DNA of 64,000 nucleotides, from assembly GCA_965238005.1 (NCBI GenBank), contig OZ250165.1, positions 2,432,001-2,496,000 on the forward strand, read 5' to 3'. This DNA is from Longimicrobiales bacterium. GTDB taxonomy: Bacteria; Gemmatimonadota; Gemmatimonadetes; Longimicrobiales; Gaopeijiaceae. The position numbers and the translations under genes were made by a program. Every line of letters starts with the position of its first letter. Position 1 is the stretch's first letter. The notes below the pieces were generated by a model. It made no database searches, had not been told where the DNA came from, and saw only the letters and a program-made list of their open reading frames with translations. Below are positions 60,001-64,000 of this stretch, piece after piece.

Positions 60001-61308
60001 CTACCGATCTTCGATGGGTACGAAGTCCCTCCTGCTATTCCCCGTGAAGATCTGCCTGGGACGGGAGATGCGCTGTTCCTCGTCCTCCAACATCTCCTCC
60101 CACTGGGCGAGCCATCCAACGGTCCGCGGTATGGCGAAGAGCACGGGAAACATCTCCACCGGAAATCCCAGCGCCTGGTAGATGAGCCCGGAGTAGAAGT
60201 CGACGTTGGGATACAGGTTCCGGGATACGAAGTAGTCGTCCTCCAGGGCGATCCTCTCGAGCTCGAGGGCGATGTCCAGGAGGGGATTCCGTCCCGTGAT
60301 CTCGAACACCTCGTCCGCGGTCCGCTTGATGATGCTGGCCCGCGGATCATAGGCCTTGTACACGCGGTGCCCGAAGCCCATAAGGCGCTCTTCCTTGTTC
60401 TTCACGCCTTCCATGAAGGCGGGGATGTTGTCCATGGAGCGGATCCGCCCCAGCATCCTCAAAACCGCCTCGTTCGCTCCACCGTGAAGCGGCCCGAAAA
60501 GGGCGCCCATGGCACCGGCAAGGGCCGAGTAGGGATCCGCCTCGGCGCTGCCGATGACGCGCATCGTAGTCGCAGAGCAGTTCTGCTCGTGGTCCGCATG
60601 CAGGATGAAGAGCACGTCCAGGGCCCGCTCCAGGACCGGGTTGGGCTTGTACTCCCGCACGCCGATGCGGAAGAGCATGTTCAGGAAGTTCGCCGTGTAG
60701 GACAACTCGTTCTCGGGATAGACGGCGGGCAGCCCCCGGTGATGCCGGTAGGCGAGCCCCGCCAGGGTCGGCATCTTGGCCACCAGACGCTGGATCTGAA
60801 GCCACCGGTGTTCCGGATCCCGGATGTTCCTGCCGGCGGGGTAGAAGGTGTTTAGCGCCGCCACGCCGCTGATGACCATGCTCATGGCGTGCGCGTCGTA
60901 GCGGAAGCCGTTCATCACCGTGCGGAAGTTCTCGTGCACGTACGTGTGGGTCGTGATGCTCTCCGTGAAGTCGTCCAGCTCAGACTTGGTGGGGAGCTCA
61001 CCTCTCAGGATGAGGTAGCCCACCTCCAGGAAGGTGCTCCGCTCGGCGAGCTGCTCGATGGGATATCCACGGTACTCCAGGATTCCCTTCCCACCGTCGA
61101 TGAACGTGATCGAGCTTCGGGTTGAGGCAGTGTTCGAAAAGGCGGGATCGTACGACATCATGCCGAAGTCGTCGTCGTTGACCTTGATTTGGCGGAGATC
61201 CATGGCCCTGATGACATCACCCTCGTGAATATCGATCTCGTACTCACGATCCGTGCGGTTGTCCCGGATCGTCAGTGTGTTCTTTCCATCACTCTCGTTG
61301 TCGCCCAT
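60001..61308 (-). CDS. gltA: Citrate synthase
   Basis: LHADHEQN, GPLHGGAN, GFGHRVYK, YPNVDFYSG; start ATG 61308 (MGDNESD). Confidence 0.96.
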   Translation of the reverse strand: MGDNESDGKNTLTIRDNRTDREYEIDIHEGDVIRAMDLRQIKVNDDDFGMMSYDPAFSNTASTRSSITFIDGGKGILEYRGYPIEQLAERSTFLEVGYLILRGELPTKSELDDFTESITTHTYVHENFRTVMNGFRYDAHAMSMVISGVAALNTFYPAGRNIRDPEHRWLQIQRLVAKMPTLAGLAYRHHRGLPAVYPENELSYTANFLNMLFRIGVREYKPNPVLERALDVLFILHADHEQNCSATTMRVIGSAEADPYSALAGAMGALFGPLHGGANEAVLRMLGRIRSMDNIPAFMEGVKNKEERLMGFGHRVYKAYDPRASIIKRTADEVFEITGRNPLLDIALELERIALEDDYFVSRNLYPNVDFYSGLIYQALGFPVEMFPVLFAIPRTVGWLAQWEEMLEDEEQRISRPRQIFTGNSRRDFVPIEDR

Positions 61309-61465
61309 TTCGTCTCCGATGCCGGCCAAAACTTCCCGATCGAGCCCGGAAATGCCCTTGATTCTTGGATTCCTGAGAGTGTCCCCATAAGGGGGGACAA
61401 CATTTAAAGTTAAGGAATTATGCACTGCCGATGAAGGTGCTCTTTCGCGCGATTCTGCGCGGAAC

Positions 61466-61770
61466 TCAGGTGCGGCGTACCACGAGAGTGTCGACGGGGA
61501 CCGCCCGATCCGGATAGGCGAAGGTTGGGTTGAGCTCGACCTCCATGATGGAGGGATCTTGCTGGACCTAGCGGGCCACGGACCGCGCCAATTCCGACAC
61601 CGCCTCCAAGCTCGCCGGGGGCCTCCCTCGGTCGCCCGAGAGCACGGGCGCGATCCGAAGCTCCAACAGCATCTCGGCGACCTCGTCGGAGTGAGGCGGA
61701 AGGACGCGGCGCGACACGTCCTCGAGAGCCTCTGTCCGGGTGCCCCCCGCCCCGACCGTGAGCACACAGT
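61466..61770 (-). pseudogene. Fragment of an ADP-forming acyl-CoA synthetase ATP-grasp domain with an in-frame TAG
   Basis: GAGG..TEALEDVS...APVLSGDRGRPP...SVAR*VQQDPSIMEVELNP...AVPVD. Confidence 0.65.
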
Positions 61771-61950
61771 GTACCGGTCGTGAAGGGCGGGTCGGCGCTG
61801 ATAGGCTGGCTGTTCTAGCCACATCGAGATCATTCCCACGGTCCACCTCCTGGAAACGAGAAACGACCACTCCCGCAAGATGGGGTGGTGGTGGTGGGGC
61901 GAGCCGCCGTGAATGGCTCTACGGGAATCGACAAGACAGTCGCCCCTATT

Positions 61951-62564
61951 CTAAGCTTCTTCGTCCTGCTGCTCTGTGCGTGTGGCCGCGGGCAGCGCTG
62001 TTAAAACATCACCACTGGGGAGAAGGTCGTCGCGCACACCGAACGCAAGATCGTCCTCTTCCACTGGGCCCAGCCACATCATCCGCTCCTCGAGCCAACC
62101 AGCCAAATGCCTCTCAAAGCGGTCCATTAGGTCCTTCAGCGAGAGGCCGAAGCCAGCGTCGACGACCTGAAGCACAAAGAACACGGCCAGAACGACCGGA
62201 ACGAGGTACTGCACCCAGGCAGCGGAGAACTGTGGGAAGTTCCACGGGAACATCAGTACGACCCCGGCAATCAACAGGAGGAGGAAACCGAAACGGGGCA
62301 CGTACATCAGGTAGTGCGCGATGTCTCGGGCGGTGAGGGCTGTTCGTTCGCGTTGGATCTGGGCTCGCAAGGCTCCGCGCCTGTCGCGACGTCTGATCTC
62401 CTCCCAAGCGCGGCGAGATCCCCCTCCAGTCGACCCCGTCGCTCTGTCTCGTCTGCGAGCGCGAGTTCGAGATCCGCGCGTACATTGGCCTCTGCTCGGC
62501 GAAGCACCTCGCGGATGGTCCCCTCAGTGAACGCGTGGGGCTCTCCCAGCGTCAGATCCATCAC
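61951..62564 (-). pseudogene. Probable frameshifted membrane protein (coiled coil + two TM helices)
   Basis: ORFs 62307-62564 and 61951-62370 overlap in different frames and read as one continuous protein. Confidence 0.45.
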
Positions 62565-62807
62565 CGCTCCTTACCGGCCTGTTTCTCTTCGACGAGGTGT
62601 TGAAGAGCACGGCCCGGGAGAGCGGCTAGAGAGCGATCGGAGTGGCCGGGCGGGTCGTATGCCCTGCATCCCAGTCCCCGGCTGGAAGAGATCTCCACAT
62701 CGGGACGTCTCGTTCTCCTCACCCACATGAAGTCTTATCTTCATAGTGCGGGCCCGCCATGGCCGGGGGCGACAGGCGGTACGTCCATCTACTATCGGAC
62801 TGTAGGG

Positions 62808-63206
62808 ATGCACGATCTGATCTTCTACGACGGCGACTGCGGGTTCTGCGACTTCTATATGCGCGTGCTGGCTCAGCGGGACCGCCAAGGGCTTCTCTTC
62901 CGATTCGCTCCGCTGGGAGGAAGCGCGTACCAGGAAGCGTTCACTCCTGCCGATCAGGCCGCCTTGCCCGAGTCCATCGTGGTGTTGATGCCCGACGGTT
63001 CGACGCTAGTGCGGTCCAGAGCGATAGCCCACCTGTCCCGCCGGCTCGATGGCTACTGGAACCTCGCCTATTGGGCCATCACGCTCACACCGCGCCTGAT
63101 CGCGGATCCCGTGTACGACCTGATCGCGGCGGTGCGCAAGTTCCTGCCCCAGCGACGCACCTGCGCCCTCCTTCCGTCGGAGGTACAGGCGAGGTTCTTG
63201 GACTGA
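62808..63206 (+). CDS. DCC1-like thiol-disulfide oxidoreductase (DUF393)
   Basis: IFYDGDCGFC (DxxCxxC), RSRA, YDLIAAVR. Confidence 0.88.
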   Translation: MHDLIFYDGDCGFCDFYMRVLAQRDRQGLLFRFAPLGGSAYQEAFTPADQAALPESIVVLMPDGSTLVRSRAIAHLSRRLDGYWNLAYWAITLTPRLIADPVYDLIAAVRKFLPQRRTCALLPSEVQARFLD

Positions 63207-63236
63207 CCGACTTCAACAGACGGGACCTTCGGGTCG

Positions 63237-64000
63237 TCAGTTCAAATCTTCGGCTAGAGGGCGCGCGCTGCTGTCGTCCGGCGGCGAGAGTGGCACGATC
63301 AGAGGAAGTACCCAGTCCGCCGGCGCCGTATACCGTTCCACTGCTGCAAGGTCGACGCGGGGGTCGATCAGCCTCTGCTGGGCGCGACCGTTCAGAGAGG
63401 CCTGCGCGTTGGCGTACACCTCGACCTCTTCCATGCCCTGCTCTCGATATTGATCGCGGAGCCAGTGCGCGAACTGCAGAATCATGTGGGGCTTTTGAAC
63501 CATCTTGGCGTACTGCCGGGGTCCAAGGTACGGCCTCGGGTTGATCGTGGCCTCGACTCCGGAAACGGGGTCTTTGACGATGTACGTTACTGTGCCCCTC
63601 TTCGTACGAAGCATCATGTGCCACGAGAACATTCCGCCTTCTTCCGTCCAGTGCACGGTCCCCGGGTAGACGAGATGCCGAAAGGGGAAAAGCAGCTGGA
63701 ACGAGAAGTACGCTATCAGCCCTCCGGCGAGCAGCCGTTGACGGGATCTGAACGAAGTGGGCTGACGAACGGCGTCTAGCCCTCCGGAATGCTTCCGCCT
63801 GCCCGGCTTTGAGCCGGCCTTCAGTCGCGAGGAAACGAACCTCACCAGGGCTCGGGGCCAGTCCGGATCCAAGAAGAGAGTCGTTGCCGCAATCATGAAC
63901 CACGGGAAGATCCCGATGGCGAACATCTGGGAGTTCATCAGGTTGAACGAGACGGCGATCAGCAGGCCGAGCCACCGAGTCTTCCGCCACAAGAGCAGCG
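63237..64000 (-). CDS. HTTM domain / vitamin K-dependent carboxylase-like protein (5' end outside the window)
   Basis: F.IGIFPW, WTEEG..FSWHMMLR, SLNGR..QRLIDP.VDL. Confidence 0.88.
   Translation of the reverse strand, partial: LLLWRKTRWLGLLIAVSFNLMNSQMFAIGIFPWFMIAATTLFLDPDWPRALVRFVSSRLKAGSKPGRRKHSGGLDAVRQPTSFRSRQRLLAGGLIAYFSFQLLFPFRHLVYPGTVHWTEEGGMFSWHMMLRTKRGTVTYIVKDPVSGVEATINPRPYLGPRQYAKMVQKPHMILQFAHWLRDQYREQGMEEVEVYANAQASLNGRAQQRLIDPRVDLAAVERYTAPADWVLPLIVPLSPPDDSSARPLAEDLN

Noticed and set aside
61309..61878. N-terminal extension of the 625-aa citrate synthase ORF (likewise the extensions of the dnaE2, HU and aroE ORFs)
   Set aside because: ORF-caller artefacts: family similarity begins at the downstream starts, and the extensions cross promoters or other genes.

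Overview
A high-GC bacterial chromosomal window. Gene content and style suggest Gemmatimonadota, but that is inference only. Positions 1-33 kb are mostly minus-strand housekeeping genes: tetR, sdhCAB, mdh, moaAED, an ECF sigma/anti-sigma pair, HU, carA, rnhA, lipB, a 2-oxoacid dehydrogenase E2 and truncated E1-beta, secG-tpiA-pgk-gap, comF, aroE, a LMW-PTP, tsaC, ispD, dnaB, UDG, coaBC, rpoZ, gmk, yicC, pepA and icd. Positions 33-64 kb are more accessory: an Fe(III) ABC transporter with a Fur-like box, GGT, a Lol-like exporter, an adenylate cyclase, gltA and several gene remnants. Four observations stand out. (1) An ImuB/DnaE2 mutasome is dispersed over three loci, with ImuB split into two genes (Y-polymerase body; stand-alone ImuB-C domain coupled to recX). 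All three promoters share a direct-repeat operator, CTTTCGGTTTWYRTTCGG (TTCGG-N6-TTCGG), a candidate lineage-specific SOS box. (2) A ~1350-aa coiled-coil protein is built from exact 93-aa (279-bp) repeats behind an N-terminal amphipathic helix. (3) Two related families of CTAG/TAG-ended miniature inverted-repeat elements sit at stop and start codons. (4) A ~345-nt ORF-less, GGA-rich unit bounded by a promoter and a terminator is a candidate ncRNA. No database searches were run; all calls rest on motifs read from the sequence.
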